A program made the position numbers and the translations under genes. From contig CAXKVF010000073.1 of assembly GCA_964057225.1 (NCBI GenBank), positions 310,001-374,000 of the forward strand: a stretch of DNA of 64,000 nt, read 5' to 3'. Within the stretch, counting starts at the first letter, position 1; every line of letters starts with the position of its first letter. The notes under the pieces are model-generated. The model did no database searches. It was not told where the DNA came from and was given only the letters and a program-made list of their open reading frames with translations. This stretch comes from Auanema rhodensis. Its lineage: Eukaryota > Animalia > Nematoda. Shown piece by piece: positions 41,601 to 56,600 of this stretch.

Positions 41601-44600
41601 ATCAATAAAAATTTGTTTTTAGACTAATATGGACATGGGGAATCTAATTTTGAAAACCGCATCTCTTTATCTTTCACGTGAAGCGAGTTACATACCAAGT
41701 GCACATCACGTGTACATTTAATTAGCATGAATTAAAGTTCACGTAAATTTCAAAGTCATGGTTACCATGAACCAATATCAATAAAAATTTGTTTTTAGAC
41801 TAATATGGACATGGGGAATCTAATTTTGAAAACCGCATCTCTTTATCTTTCACGTGAAGCGAGTTACATACCAAGTGCACATCACGTGTACATTTAATTA
41901 GCATAAATTAAAGTTCACGTAAATTTCAAAGTCATGGTTACCATGCACCAATATCAATAAAAATTTGTTTTTAGACTAATATGGACATGGGGAATCTTAT
42001 TTTGAAAACCGCATCTCTTTATCTTTCACGTGAAGCGAGTTACATACCAAGTGCACATCACGTGTACATTTAATTAGCATAAATCAAAGTTCACGTAAAT
42101 TTCAAAGTCATGGTTACCATGAACCAATATCAATAAAAATTTGTTTTTAGACTAATATGGACATGGGGAATCTAATTTTGAAAACCGCATCTCTTTATCT
42201 CTCACGTGAAGCGAGTTACATACCAAGTGCACATCACGTGTACAATTAATTAGCATAAATTAAAGTTCACGTAAATTTCAAAGTCATGGTTACCATGAAC
42301 CAATATCAATAAAAATTTGTTTTTAGACTAATATGGACATGGGGAATCTAATTTTGAAAACCGCATCTCTTTATCTTTCACGTGAAGCGAGTTACATACC
42401 AAGTGCACATCACGTGTACATTTAATTAGCATAAATTAAAGTTCACGTAAATTTCAAAGTCATGGTTACCATGAACCAATATCAATAAAAATTTGTTTTT
42501 AGACTAATATGGACATGGGGAATCTAATTTTGAAAACCGCATCTCTTTATCTTTCACGTGAAGCGAGTTACATACCAAGTGCACATCACGTGTACAATTA
42601 ATTAGCATAAATTAAAGTTCACGTAAATTTCAAAGTCATGGTTACCATGAACCAATATCAATAAAAATTTGTTTTTATACTAATATGGAGATGGGGAATC
42701 TGATTTTGAAAACCGCATCTCTTTATCTTTCACGTGAAGCGAGTTACATACCAAGTGCACATCACGTGTACATTTAATTAGCATAAATTAAAGTTCACGT
42801 AAATTTCAAAGTCATGGTTACCATGCACCAATATCAATAAAAATTTGTTTTTAGACTAATATGGACATGGGGAATCTAATTTTGAAAACCGCATCTCTTT
42901 ATCTTTCACGTGAAGCGAGTTACATACCAAGTGCACATCACGTGTACAATTAATTAGCATAAATTAAAGTTCACGTAAATTTCAAAGTCATGGTTACCAT
43001 GAACCAATATCAATAAAAATTTGTTTTTATACTAATATGGAGATGGGGAATCTGATTTTGAAAACCGCATCTCTTTATCTTTCACGTGAAGCGAGTTACA
43101 TACCAAGTGCACATCACGTGTACATTTAATTAGCATAAATTAAAGTTCACGTAAATTTCAAAGTCATGGTTACCATGAACCAATATCAATAAAAATTTGT
43201 TTTTAGACTAATATGGACATGGGGAATCTAATTTTGAAAACCGCATCTCTTTATCTTTCACGTGAAGCGAGTTACATACCAAGTGCACATCACGTGTACA
43301 TTTAATTAGCATAAATTAAAGTTCACGTAAATTTCAAAGTCATGGTTACCATGCACCAATATCAATAAAAATTTGTTTTTAGACTAATATGGACATGGGA
43401 AATCTAATTTTGAAAACCGCATCTCTTTATCTTTCACGTGAAGCGAGTTACATACCAAGTGCACATCACGTGTACAATTAATTAGCATAAATTAAAGTTC
43501 ACGTAAATTTCAAAGTCATGGTTACCATGAACCAATATCAATAAAAATTTGTTTTTATACTAATATGGAGATGGGGAATCTGATTTTGAAAACCGCATCT
43601 CTTTATCTTTCACGTGAAGCGAGTTACATACCAAGTGCACATCACGTGTACATTTAATTAGCATAAATTAAAGTTCACGTAAATTTCAAAGTCATGGTTA
43701 CCATGAACCAATATCAATAAAAATTTGTTTTTAGACTAATATGGACATGGGGAATCTAATTTTGAAAACCGCATCTCTTTATCTTTCACGTGAAGCGAGT
43801 TACATACCAAGTGCACATCACGTGTACAATTAATTAGCATAAATTAAAGTTCACGTAAATTTCAAAGTCATGGTTACCATGAACCAATATCAATAAAAAT
43901 TTGTTTTTAGACTAATATGGAGATGGGGAATCTGATTTTGAAAACCGCATCTCTTTATCTTTCACGTGAAGCGAGTTACATACCAAGTGCACATCACGTG
44001 TACATTTAATTAGCATAAATTAAAGTTCACGTAAATTTCAAAGTCATGGTTACCATGCACCAATATCAATAAAAATTTGTTTTTAGACTAATATGGACAT
44101 GGGGAATCTAATTTTGAAAACCGCATCTCTTTATCTTTCACGTGAAGCGAGTTACATACCAAGTGCACATCACGTGTACAATTAATTAGCATAAATTAAA
44201 GTTCACGTAAATTTCAAAGTCATGGTTACCATGAACCAATATCAATAAAAATTTGTTTTTATACTAATATGGAGATGGGGAATCTGATTTTGAAAACCGC
44301 ATCTCTTTATCTTTCACGTGAAGCGAGTTACATACCAAGTGCACATCACGTGTACATTTAATTAGCATAAATCAAAGTTCACGTAAATTTCAAAGTCATG
44401 GTTACCATGAACCAATATCAATAAAAATTTGTTTTTAGACTAATATGGACATGGGGAATCTAATTTTGAAAACCGCATCTCTTTATCTTTCACGTGAAGC
44501 GAGTTACATACCAAGTACACATCACGTGTACAATTAATTAGCATAAATTAAAGTTCACGTAAATTTCAAAGTCATGGTTACCATGAACCAATATCAATAA

Positions 44601-47600
44601 AAATTTGTTTTTAGACTAATATGGAGATGGGGAATCTGATTTTGAAAACCGCATCTCTTTATCTTTCACGTGAAGCGAGTTACATACCAAGTGCACATCA
44701 CGTGTACATTTAATTAGCATAAATCAAAGTTCACGTAAATTTCAAAGTCATGGTTACCATGAACCAATATCAATAAAAATTTGTTTTAGACTAATATGGA
44801 CATGGGGAATCTAATTTTGAAAACCGCATCTCTTTATCTTTCACGTGAAGCGAGTTACATACCAAGTGCACATCACGTGTACAATTAATTAGCATAAATT
44901 AAAGTTCACGTAAATTTCAAAGTCATGGTTACCATGAACCAATATCAATAAAAATTTGTTTTTAGACTAATATGGAGATGGGGAATCTGATTTTGAAAAC
45001 CGCATCTCTTTATCTTTCACGTGAAGCGAGTTACATACCAAGTGCACATCACGTGTACATTTAATTAGCATAAATCAAAGTTCACGTAAATTTCAAAGTC
45101 ATGGTTACCATGAACCAATATCAATAAAAATTTGTTTTAGACTAATATGGACATGGGGAATCTAATTTTGAAAACCGCATCTCTTTATCTTTCACGTGAA
45201 GCGAGTTACATACCAAGTGCACATCACGTGTACAATTAATTAGCATAAATTAAAGTTCACGTAAATTTCAAAGTCATAGTTACCATGAACCAATATCAAT
45301 AAAAATTTGTTTTTAGACTAATATGGAGATGGGGAATCTGATTTTGAAAACCGCATCTCTTTATCTTAAACGTGAAGCGAGTTACATACCAAGTGCACAT
45401 CACGTGTACATTTAATTAGCATAAATTAAAGTTCACGTAAATTTCAAAGTCATGGTTACCATGCACCAATATCAATAAAAATTTGTTTTTAGACTAATAT
45501 GGACATGGGGAATCTAATTTTGAAAACCGCATCTCTTTATCTTTCACGTGAAGCGAGTTACATACCAAGTGCACATCACGTGTACAATTAATTAGCATAA
45601 ATTAAAGTTCACGTAAATTTCAAAGTCATGGTTACCATGAACCAATATCAATAAAAATTTGTTTTTATACTAATATGGAGATGGGGAATCTGATTTTGAA
45701 AACCGCATCTCTTTATCTTTCACGTGAAGCGAGTTACATACCAAGTGCACATCACGTGTACATTTAATTAGCATAAATTAAAGTTCACGTAAATTTCAAA
45801 GTCATGGTTACCATGAACCAATATCAATAAAAATTTGTTTTTAGACTAATATGGACATGGGGAATCTAATTTTGAAAACCGCATCTCTTTATCTTTCACG
45901 TGAAGCGAGTTACATACCAAGTGCACATCACGTGTACATTTAATTAGCATAAATTAAAGTTCACGTAAATTTCAAAGTCATGGTTACCATGCACCAATAT
46001 CAATAAAAATTTGTTTTTAGACTAATATGGACATGGGAAATCTAATTTTGAAAACCGCATCTCTTTATCTTTCACGTGAAGCGAGTTACATACCAAGTGC
46101 ACATCACGTGTACAATTAATTAGCATAAATTAAAGTTCACGTAAATTTCAAAGTCATGGTTACCATGAACCAATATCAATAAAAATTTGTTTTTATACTA
46201 ATATGGAGATGGGGAATCTGATTTTGAAAACCGCATCTCTTTATCTTTCACGTGAAGCGAGTTACATACCAAGTGCACATCACGTGTACAATTAATTAGC
46301 ATAAATTAAAGTTCACGTAAATTTCAAAGTCATGGTTACCATGAACCAATATCAATAAAAATTTGTTTTTATACTAATATGGAGATGGGGAATCTGATTT
46401 TGAAAACCGCATCTCTTTATCTTTCACGTGAAGCGAGTTACATACCAAGTGCACATCACGTGTACATTTAATTAGCATAAATTAAAGTTCACGTAAATTT
46501 CAAAGTCATGGTTACCATGAACCAATATCAATAAAAATTTGTTTTTAGACTAATATGGACATGGGGAATCTAATTTTGAAAACCGCATCTCTTTATCTTT
46601 CACGTGAAGCGAGTTACATACCAAGTGCACATCACGTGTACAATTAATTAGCATAAATTAAAGTTCACGTAAATTTCAAAGTCATGGTTACCATGAACCA
46701 ATATCAATAAAAATTTGTTTTTAGACTAATATGGAGATGGGGAATCTGATTTTGAAAACCGCATCTCTTTATCTTTCACGTGAAGCGAGTTACATACCAA
46801 GTGCACATCACGTGTACATTTAATTAGCATAAATTAAAGTTCACGTAAATTTCAAAGTCATGGTTACCATGCACCAATATCAATAAAAATTTGTTTTTAG
46901 ACTAATATGGACATGGGGAATCTAATTTTGAAAACCGCATCTCTTTATCTTTCACGTGAAGCGAGTTACATACCAAGTGCACATCACGTGTACAATTAAT
47001 TAGCATAAATTAAAGTTCACGTAAATTTCAAAGTCATGGTTACCATGAACCAATATCAATAAAAATTTGTTTTTATACTAATATGGAGATGGGGAATCTG
47101 ATTTTGAAAACCGCATCTCTTTATCTTTCACGTGAAGCGAGTTACATACCAAGTGCACATCACGTGTACATTTAATTAGCATAAATCAAAGTTCACGTAA
47201 ATTTCAAAGTCATGGTTACCATGAACCAATATCAATAAAAATTTGTTTTTAGACTAATATGGACATGGGGAATCTAATTTTGAAAACCGCATCTCTTTAT
47301 CTTTCACGTGAAGCGAGTTACATACCAAGTACACATCACGTGTACAATTAATTAGCATAAATTAAAGTTCACGTAAATTTCAAAGTCATGGTTACCATGA
47401 ACCAATATCAATAAAAATTTGTTTTTAGACTAATATGGACATGGGGAATCTAATTTTGAAAACCGCATCTCTTTATCTTTCACGTGAAGCGAGTTACATA
47501 CCAAGTGCACATCACGTGTACAATTAATTAGCATAAATTAAAGTTCACGTAAATTTCAAAGTCATAGTTACCATGAACCAATATCAATAAAAATTTGTTT

Positions 47601-50600
47601 TTAGACTAATATGGAGATGGGGAATCTAATTTTGAAAACCGCATCTCTTTATCTTAAACGTGAAGCGAGTTACATACCAAGTGCACATCACGTGTACATT
47701 TAATTAGCATAAATTAAAGTTCACGTAAATTTCAAAGTCATGGTTACCATGCACCAATATCAATAAAAATTTGTTTTTAGACTAATATGGACATGGGGAA
47801 TCTAATTTTGAAAACCGCATCTCTTTATCTTTCACGTGAAGCGAGTTACATACCAAGTGCACATCACGTGTACAATTAATTAGCATAAATTAAAGTTCAC
47901 GTAAATTTCAAAGTCATGGTTACCATGAACCAATATCAATAAAAATTTGTTTTTATACTAATATGGAGATGGGGAATCTGATTTTGAAAACCGCATCTCT
48001 TTATCTTTCACGTGAAGCGAGTTACATACCAAGTGCACATCACGTGTACATTTAATTAGCATAAATTAAAGTTCACGTAAATTTCAAAGTCATGGTTACC
48101 ATGAACCAATATCAATAAAAATTTGTTTTTAGACTAATATGGACATGGGGAATCTAATTTTGAAAACCGCATCTCTTTATCTTTCACGTGAAGCGAGTTA
48201 CATACCAAGTGCACATCACGTGTACATTTAATTAGCATAAATTAAAGTTCACGTAAATTTCAAAGTCATGGTTACCATGCACCAATATCAATAAAAATTT
48301 GTTTTTAGACTAATATGGACATGGGAAATCTAATTTTGAAAACCGCATCTCTTTATCTTTCACGTGAAGCGAGTTACATACCAAGTGCACATCACGTGTA
48401 CAATTAATTAGCATAAATTAAAGTTCACGTAAATTTCAAAGTCATGGTTACCATGAACCAATATCAATAAAAATTTGTTTTTATACTAATATGGAGATGG
48501 GGAATCTGATTTTGAAAACCGCATCTCTTTATCTTTCACGTGAAGCGAGTTACATACCAAGTGCACATCACGTGTACATTTAATTAGCATAAATTAAAGT
48601 TCACGTAAATTTCAAAGTCATGGTTACCATGAACCAATATCAATAAAAATTTGTTTTTAGACTAATATGGACATGGGGAATCTAATTTTGAAAACCGCAT
48701 CTCTTTATCTTTCACGTGAAGCGAGTTACATACCAAGTGCACATCACGTGTACAATTAATTAGCATAAATTAAAGTTCACGTAAATTTCAAAGTCATGGT
48801 TACCATGAACCAATATCAATAAAAATTTGTTTTTAGACTAATATGGAGATGGGGAATCTGATTTTGAAAACCGCATCTCTTTATCTTTCACGTGAAGCGA
48901 GTTACATACCAAGTGCACATCACGTGTACATTTAATTAGCATAAATTAAAGTTCACGTAAATTTCAAAGTCATGGTTACCATGCACCAATATCAATAAAA
49001 ATTTGTTTTTAGACTAATATGGACATGGGGAATCTAATTTTGAAAACCGCATCTCTTTATCTTTCACGTGAAGCGAGTTACATACCAAGTGCACATCACG
49101 TGTACAATTAATTAGCATAAATTAAAGTTCACGTAAATTTCAAAGTCATGGTTACCATGAACCAATATCAATAAAAATTTGTTTTTATACTAATATGGAG
49201 ATGGGGAATCTGATTTTGAAAACCGCATCTCTTTATCTTTCACGTGAAGCGAGTTACATACCAAGTGCACATCACGTGTACATTTAATTAGCATAAATCA
49301 AAGTTCACGTAAATTTCAAAGTCATGGTTACCATGAACCAATATCAATAAAAATTTGTTTTTAGACTAATATGGACATGGGGAATCTAATTTTGAAAACC
49401 GCATCTCTTTATCTTTCACGTGAAGCGAGTTACATACCAAGTACACATCACGTGTACAATTAATTAGCATAAATTAAAGTTCACGTAAATTTCAAAGTCA
49501 TGGTTACCATGAACCAATATCAATAAAAATTTGTTTTTAGACTAATATGGAGATGGGGAATCTGATTTTCAAAACCGCATCTCTTTATCTTTCACGTGAA
49601 GCGAGTTACATACCAAGTGCACATCACGTGTACATTTAATTAGCATAAATCAAAGTTCACGTAAATTTCAAAGTCATGGTTACCATGAACCAATATCAAT
49701 AAAAATTTGTTTTAGACTAATATGGACATGGGGAATCTAATTTTGAAAACCGCATCTCTTTATCTTTCACGTGAAGCGAGTTACATACCAAGTGCACATC
49801 ACGTGTACAATTAATTAGCATAAATTAAAGTTCACGTAAATTTCAAAGTCATGGTTACCATGAACCAATATCAATAAAAATTTGTTTTTAGACTAATATG
49901 GAGATGGGGAATCTGATTTTGAAAACCGCATCTCTTTATCTTTCACGTGAAGCGAGTTACATACCAAGTGCACATCACGTGTACATTTAATTAGCATAAA
50001 TCAAAGTTCACGTAAATTTCAAAGTCATGGTTACCATGAACCAATATCAATAAAAATTTGTTTTAGACTAATATGGACATGGGGAATCTAATTTTGAAAA
50101 CCGCATCTCTTTATCTTTCACGTGAAGCGAGTTACATACCAAGTGCACATCACGTGTACAATTAATTAGCATAAATTAAAGTTCACGTAAATTTCAAAGT
50201 CATAGTTACCATGAACCAATATCAATAAAAATTTGTTTTTAGACTAATATGGAGATGGGGAATCTGATTTTGAAAACCGCATCTCTTTATCTTAAACGTG
50301 AAGCGAGTTACATACCAAGTGCACATCACGTGTACATTTAATTAGCATAAATTAAAGTTCACGTAAATTTCAAAGTCATGGTTACCATGCACCAATATCA
50401 ATAAAAATTTGTTTTTAGACTAATATGGACATGGGGAATCTAATTTTGAAAACCGCATCTCTTTATCTTTCACGTGAAGCGAGTTACATACCAAGTGCAC
50501 ATCACGTGTACATTTAATTAGCATAAATCAAAGTTCACGTAAATTTCAAAGTCATGGTTACCATGCACCAATATCAATAAAAATTTGTTTTTAGACTAAT

Positions 50601-53600
50601 ATGGACATGGGAAATCTAATTTTGAAAACCGCATCTCTTTATCTTTCACGTGAAGCGAGTTACATACCAAGTGCACATCACGTGTACAATTAATTAGCAT
50701 AAATTAAAGTTCACGTAAATTTCAAAGTCATGGTTACCATGAACCAATATCAATAAAAATTTGTTTTTATACTAATATGGAGATGGGGAATCTGATTTTG
50801 AAAACCGCATCTCTTTATCTTTCACGTGAAGCGAGTTACATACCAAGTGCACATCACGTGTACATTTAATTAGCATAAATTAAAGTTCACGTAAATTTCA
50901 AAGTCATGGTTACCATGAACCAATATCAATAAAAATTTGTTTTTAGACTAATATGGACATGGGGAATCTAATTTTGAAAACCGCATCTCTTTATCTTTCA
51001 CGTGAAGCGAGTTACATACCAAGTGCACATCACGTGTACAATTAATTAGCATAAATTAAAGTTCACGTAAATTTCAAAGTCATGGTTACCATGAACCAAT
51101 ATCAATAAAAATTTGTTTTTAGACTAATATGGAGATGGGGAATCTGATTTTGAAAACCGCATCTCTTTATCTTTCACGTGAAGCGAGTTACATACCAAGT
51201 GCACATCACGTGTACATTTAATTAGCATAAATTAAAGTTCACGTAAATTTCAAAGTCATGGTTACCATGCACCAATATCAATAAAAATTTGTTTTTAGAC
51301 TAATATGGACATGGGGAATCTAATTTTGAAAACCGCATCTCTTTATCTTTCACGTGAAGCGAGTTACATACCAAGTGCACATCACGTGTACAATTAATTA
51401 GCATAAATTAAAGTTCACGTAAATTTCAAAGTCATGGTTACCATGAACCAATATCAATAAAAATTTGTTTTTATACTAATATGGAGATGGGGAATCTGAT
51501 TTTGAAAACCGCATCTCTTTATCTTTCACGTGAAGCGAGTTACATACCAAGTGCACATCACGTGTACAATTAATTAGCATAAATTAAAGTTCACGTAAAT
51601 TTCAAAGTCATGGTTACAATGAACCAATATCAATAAAAATTTGTTTTTAGACTAATATGGAGATGGGGAATCTGATTTTGAAAACCGCATCTCTTTATCT
51701 TTCACGTGAAGCGAGTTACATACCAAGTGCACATCACGTGTACAATTAATTAGCATAAATCAAAGTTCACGTAAATTTCAAAGTCATGGTTACCATGAAC
51801 CAATATCAATAAAAATTTGTTTTTAGACTAATATGGACATGGGAAATCTAATTTTGAAAACCGCATCTCTTTATCTTTCACGTGAAGCGAGTTACATACC
51901 AAGTGCACATCACGTGTACAATTAATTAGCATAAATCAAAGTTCACGTAAATTTCAAAGTCATGGTTACCATGAACCAATATCAATAAAAATTTGTTTTT
52001 AGACTAATATGGACATGGGGAATCTAATTTTGAAAACCGCATCTCTTTATCTTTCACGTGAAGCGAGTTACATACCAAGTGCACATCACGTGTACAATTA
52101 ATTAGCATAAATTAAAGTTCACGTAAATTTCAAAGTCATGGTTACCATGAACCAATATCAATAAAAATTTGTTTTTATACTAATATGGAGATGATGAATC
52201 TGATTTTGAAAACCGCATCTCTTTATCTTTCACGTGAAGCGAGTAACATACCAAGTGCACATCACGTGTACAATTAATTAGCATAAATTAAAGTTCACGT
52301 AAATTTCAAAGTCATGGTTACCATGAACCAATATCAATAAAAATTTGTTTTTAGACTAATATGGACATGGGGAATCTAATTTTGAAAACCGCATCTCTTT
52401 ATCTTTCACGTGAAGCGAGTTACATACCAAGTGCACATCACGTGTACATTTAATTAGCATAAATTAAAGTTCACGTAAATTTCAAAGTCATGGTTACCAT
52501 GCACCAATATCAATAAAAATTTGTTTTTAGACTAATATGGACATGGGGAATCTAATTTTGAAAACCGCATCTCTTTATCTTTCACGTGAAGCGAGTTACA
52601 TACCAAGTGCACATCACGTGTACATTTAATTAGCATAAATTAAAGTTCACGTAAATTTCAAAGTCATGGTTACCATGAACCAATATCAATAAAAATTTGT
52701 TTTTAGACTAATATGGACATGGGGAATCTGATTTTGAAAACCGCATCTCTTTATCTTTCACGTGAAGCGAGTTACATACCAAGTGCACATCACGTGTACA
52801 TTTAATAAGCATAAATTAAAGTTCACGTAAATTTCAAAGTCATGGTTACCATGAACCAATATCAATAAAAATTTGTTTTTATACTAATATGGAGATGGGG
52901 AATCTGATTTTGAAAACCGCATCTCTTTATCTTTCACGTGAAGCGAGTTACATACCAAGTGCACATCACGTGTACAATTAATTAGCATAAATTAAAGTTC
53001 ACGTAAATTTCAAAGTCATGGTTACCATGAACCAATATCAATAAAAATTTGTTTTTAGACTAATATGGACATGGGGAATCTAATTTTGAAAACCGCATCT
53101 CTTTATCTTTCACGTGAAGCGAGTTACATACCAAGTGCCCATCACGTGTACATTTAATTAGCATAAATTAAAGTTCACGTAAATTTCAAAGTCATGGTTA
53201 CCATGCACCAATATCAATAAAAATTTGTTTTTATACTAATATGGACATGGGGAATCTTATTTTGAAAACCGCATCTCTTTATCTTTCACGTGAAGCGAGT
53301 TACATACCAAGAGCACATCACGTGTACAATTAATTAGCATAAATTGAAGTTCACGTAAATTTCAAAGTCATGGTTACCATGAACCAATATCAATAAAAAT
53401 TTGTTTTTAGACTAATATGGAGATGGGGAATCTGATTTTGAAAACCGCATCTCTTTATCTTTCACGTGAAGCGAGTTACATACCAAGTGCACATCACGTG
53501 TACATTTAATTAGCATAAATCAAAGTTCACGTAAATTTCAAAGTCATGGTTACCATGAACCAATATCAATAAAAATTTGTTTTTAGACTAATATGGACAT

Positions 53601-56600
53601 GGGGAATCTAATTTTGAAAACCGCATCTCTTTATCTTTCACGTGAAGCGAGTTACATACCAAGTGCACATCACGTGTACATTTAATTAGCATAAATTAAA
53701 GTTCACGTAAATTTCAAAGTCATGGTTACCATGCACCAATATCAATAAAAATTTGTTTTTAGACTAATATGGACATGGGGAATCTAATTTTGAAAACCGC
53801 ATCTCTTTATCTTTCACGTGAAGCGAGTTACATACCAAGTGCACATCACGTGTACATTTAATTAGCATAAATTAAAGTTCACGTAAATTTCAAAGTCATG
53901 GTTACCATGAACCAATATCAATAAAAATTTGTTTTTAGACTAATATGGACATGGGGAATCTAATTTTGAAAACCGCATCTCTTTATCTTTCACGTGAAGC
54001 GAGTTACATACCAAGTGCACATCACGTGTACATTTAATTAGCATGAATTAAAGTTCACGTAAATTTCAAAGTCATGGTTACCATGAACCAATATCAATAA
54101 AAATTTGTTTTTAGACTAATATGGACATGGGGAATCTAATTTTGAAAACCGCATCTCTTTATCTTTCACGTGAAGCGAGTTACATACCAAGTGCACATCA
54201 CGTGTACATTTAATTAGCATAAATTAAAGTTCACGTAAATTTCAAAGTCATGGTTACCATGCACCAATATCAATAAAAATTTGTTTTTAGACTGATATGG
54301 ACATGGGGAATCTTATTTTGAAAACCGCATCTCTTTATCTTTCACGTGAAGCGAGTTACATACCAAGTGCACATCACGTGTACATTTAATAAGCATAAAT
54401 TAAAGTTCACGTAAATTTCAAAGTCATGGTTACCATGAACCAATATCAATAAAAATTTGTTTTTATACTAATATGGAGATGGGGAATCTGATTTTGAAAA
54501 CCGCATCTCTTTATCTTTCACGTGAAGCGAGTTACATACCAAGTGCACATCACGTGTACAATTAATTAGCATAAATTAAAGTTCACGTAAATTTCAAAGT
54601 CATGGTTACCATGAACCAATATCAATAAAAATTTGTTTTTAGACTAATATGGACATGGGGAATCTAATTTTGAAAACCGCATCTCTTTATCTTTCACGTG
54701 AAGCGAGTTACATACCAAGTGCCCATCACGTGTACATTTAATTAGCATAAATTAAAGTTCACGTAAATTTCAAAGTCATGGTTACCATGCACCAATATCA
54801 ATAAAAATTTGTTTTTATACTAATATGGACATGGGGAATCTTATTTTGAAAACCGCATCTCTTTATCTTTCACGTGAAGCGAGTTACATACCAAGAGCAC
54901 ATCACGTGTACAATTAATTAGCATAAATTGAAGTTCACGTAAATTTCAAAGTCATGGTTACCATGAACCAATATCAATAAAAATTTGTTTTTAGACTAAT
55001 ATGGAGATGGGGAATCTGATTTTGAAAACCGCATCTCTTTATCTTTCACGTGAAGCGAGTTACATACCAAGTGCACATCACGTGTACATTTAATTAGCAT
55101 AAATCAAAGTTCACGTAAATTTCAAAGTCATGGTTACCATGAACCAATATCAATCAAAATTTGTTTTTAGACTAATATGGACATGGGGAATCTAATTTTG
55201 AAAACCGCATCTCTTTATCTTTCACGTGAAGCGAGTTACATACCAAGTGCACATCACGTGTACATTTAATTAGCATAAATTAAAGTTCACGTAAATTTCA
55301 AAGTCATGGTTACCATGCACCAATATCAATAAAAATTTGTTTTTAGACTAATATGGACATGGGGAATCTAATTTTGAAAACCGCATCTCTTTATCTTTCA
55401 CGTGAAGCGAGTTACATACCAAGTGCACATCACGTGTACATTTAATTAGCATAAATTAAAGTTCACGTAAATTTCAAAGTCATGGTTACCATGAACCAAT
55501 ATCAATAAAAATTTGTTTTTAGACTAATATGGACATGGGGAATCTAATTTTGAAAACCGCATCTCTTTATCTTTCACGTGAAGCGAGTTACATACCAAGT
55601 GCACATCACGTGTACATTTAATTAGCATGAATTAAAGTTCACGTAAATTTCAAAGTCATGGTTACCATGAACCAATATCAATAAAAATTTGTTTTTAGAC
55701 TAATATGGACATGGGGAATCTAATTTTGAAAACCGCATCTCTTTATCTTTCACGTGAAGCGAGTTACATACCAAGTACACATCACGTGTACATTTAATTA
55801 GCATAAATTAAAGTTCACGTAAATTTCAAAGTCATGGTTACCATGCACCAATATCAATAAAAATTTGTTTTTAGACTAATATGGACATGGGGAATCTTAT
55901 TTTGAAAACCGCATCTCTTTATCTTTCACGTGAAGCGAGTTACATACCAAGTGCACATCACGTGTACATTTAATTAGCATAAATCAAAGTTCACGTAAAT
56001 TTCAAAGTCATGGTTACCATGAACCAATATCAATAAAAATTTGTTTTTAGACTAATATGGACATGGGGAATCTAATTTTGAAAACCGCATCTCTTTATCT
56101 CTCACGTGAAGCGAGTTACATACCAAGTGCACATCACGTGTACAATTAATTAGCATAAATTAAAGTTCACGTAAATTTCAAAGTCATGGTTACCATGAAC
56201 CAATATCAATAAAAATTTGTTTTTAGACTAATATGGACATGGGGAATCTAATTTTGAAAACCGCATCTCTTTATCTTTCACGTGAAGCGAGTTACATACC
56301 AAGTGCACATCACGTGTACATTTAATTAGCATAAATTAAAGTTCACGTAAATTTCAAAGTCATGGTTACCATGAACCAATATCAATAAAAATTTGTTTTT
56401 AGACTAATATGGACATGGGGAATCTAATTTTGAAAACCGCATCTCTTTATCTTTCACGTGAAGCGAGTTACATACCAAGTGCACATCACGTGTACAATTA
56501 ATTAGCATAAATTAAAGTTCACGTAAATTTCAAAGTCATGGTTACCATGAACCAATATCAATAAAAATTTGTTTTTAGACTAATATGGAGATGGGGAATC

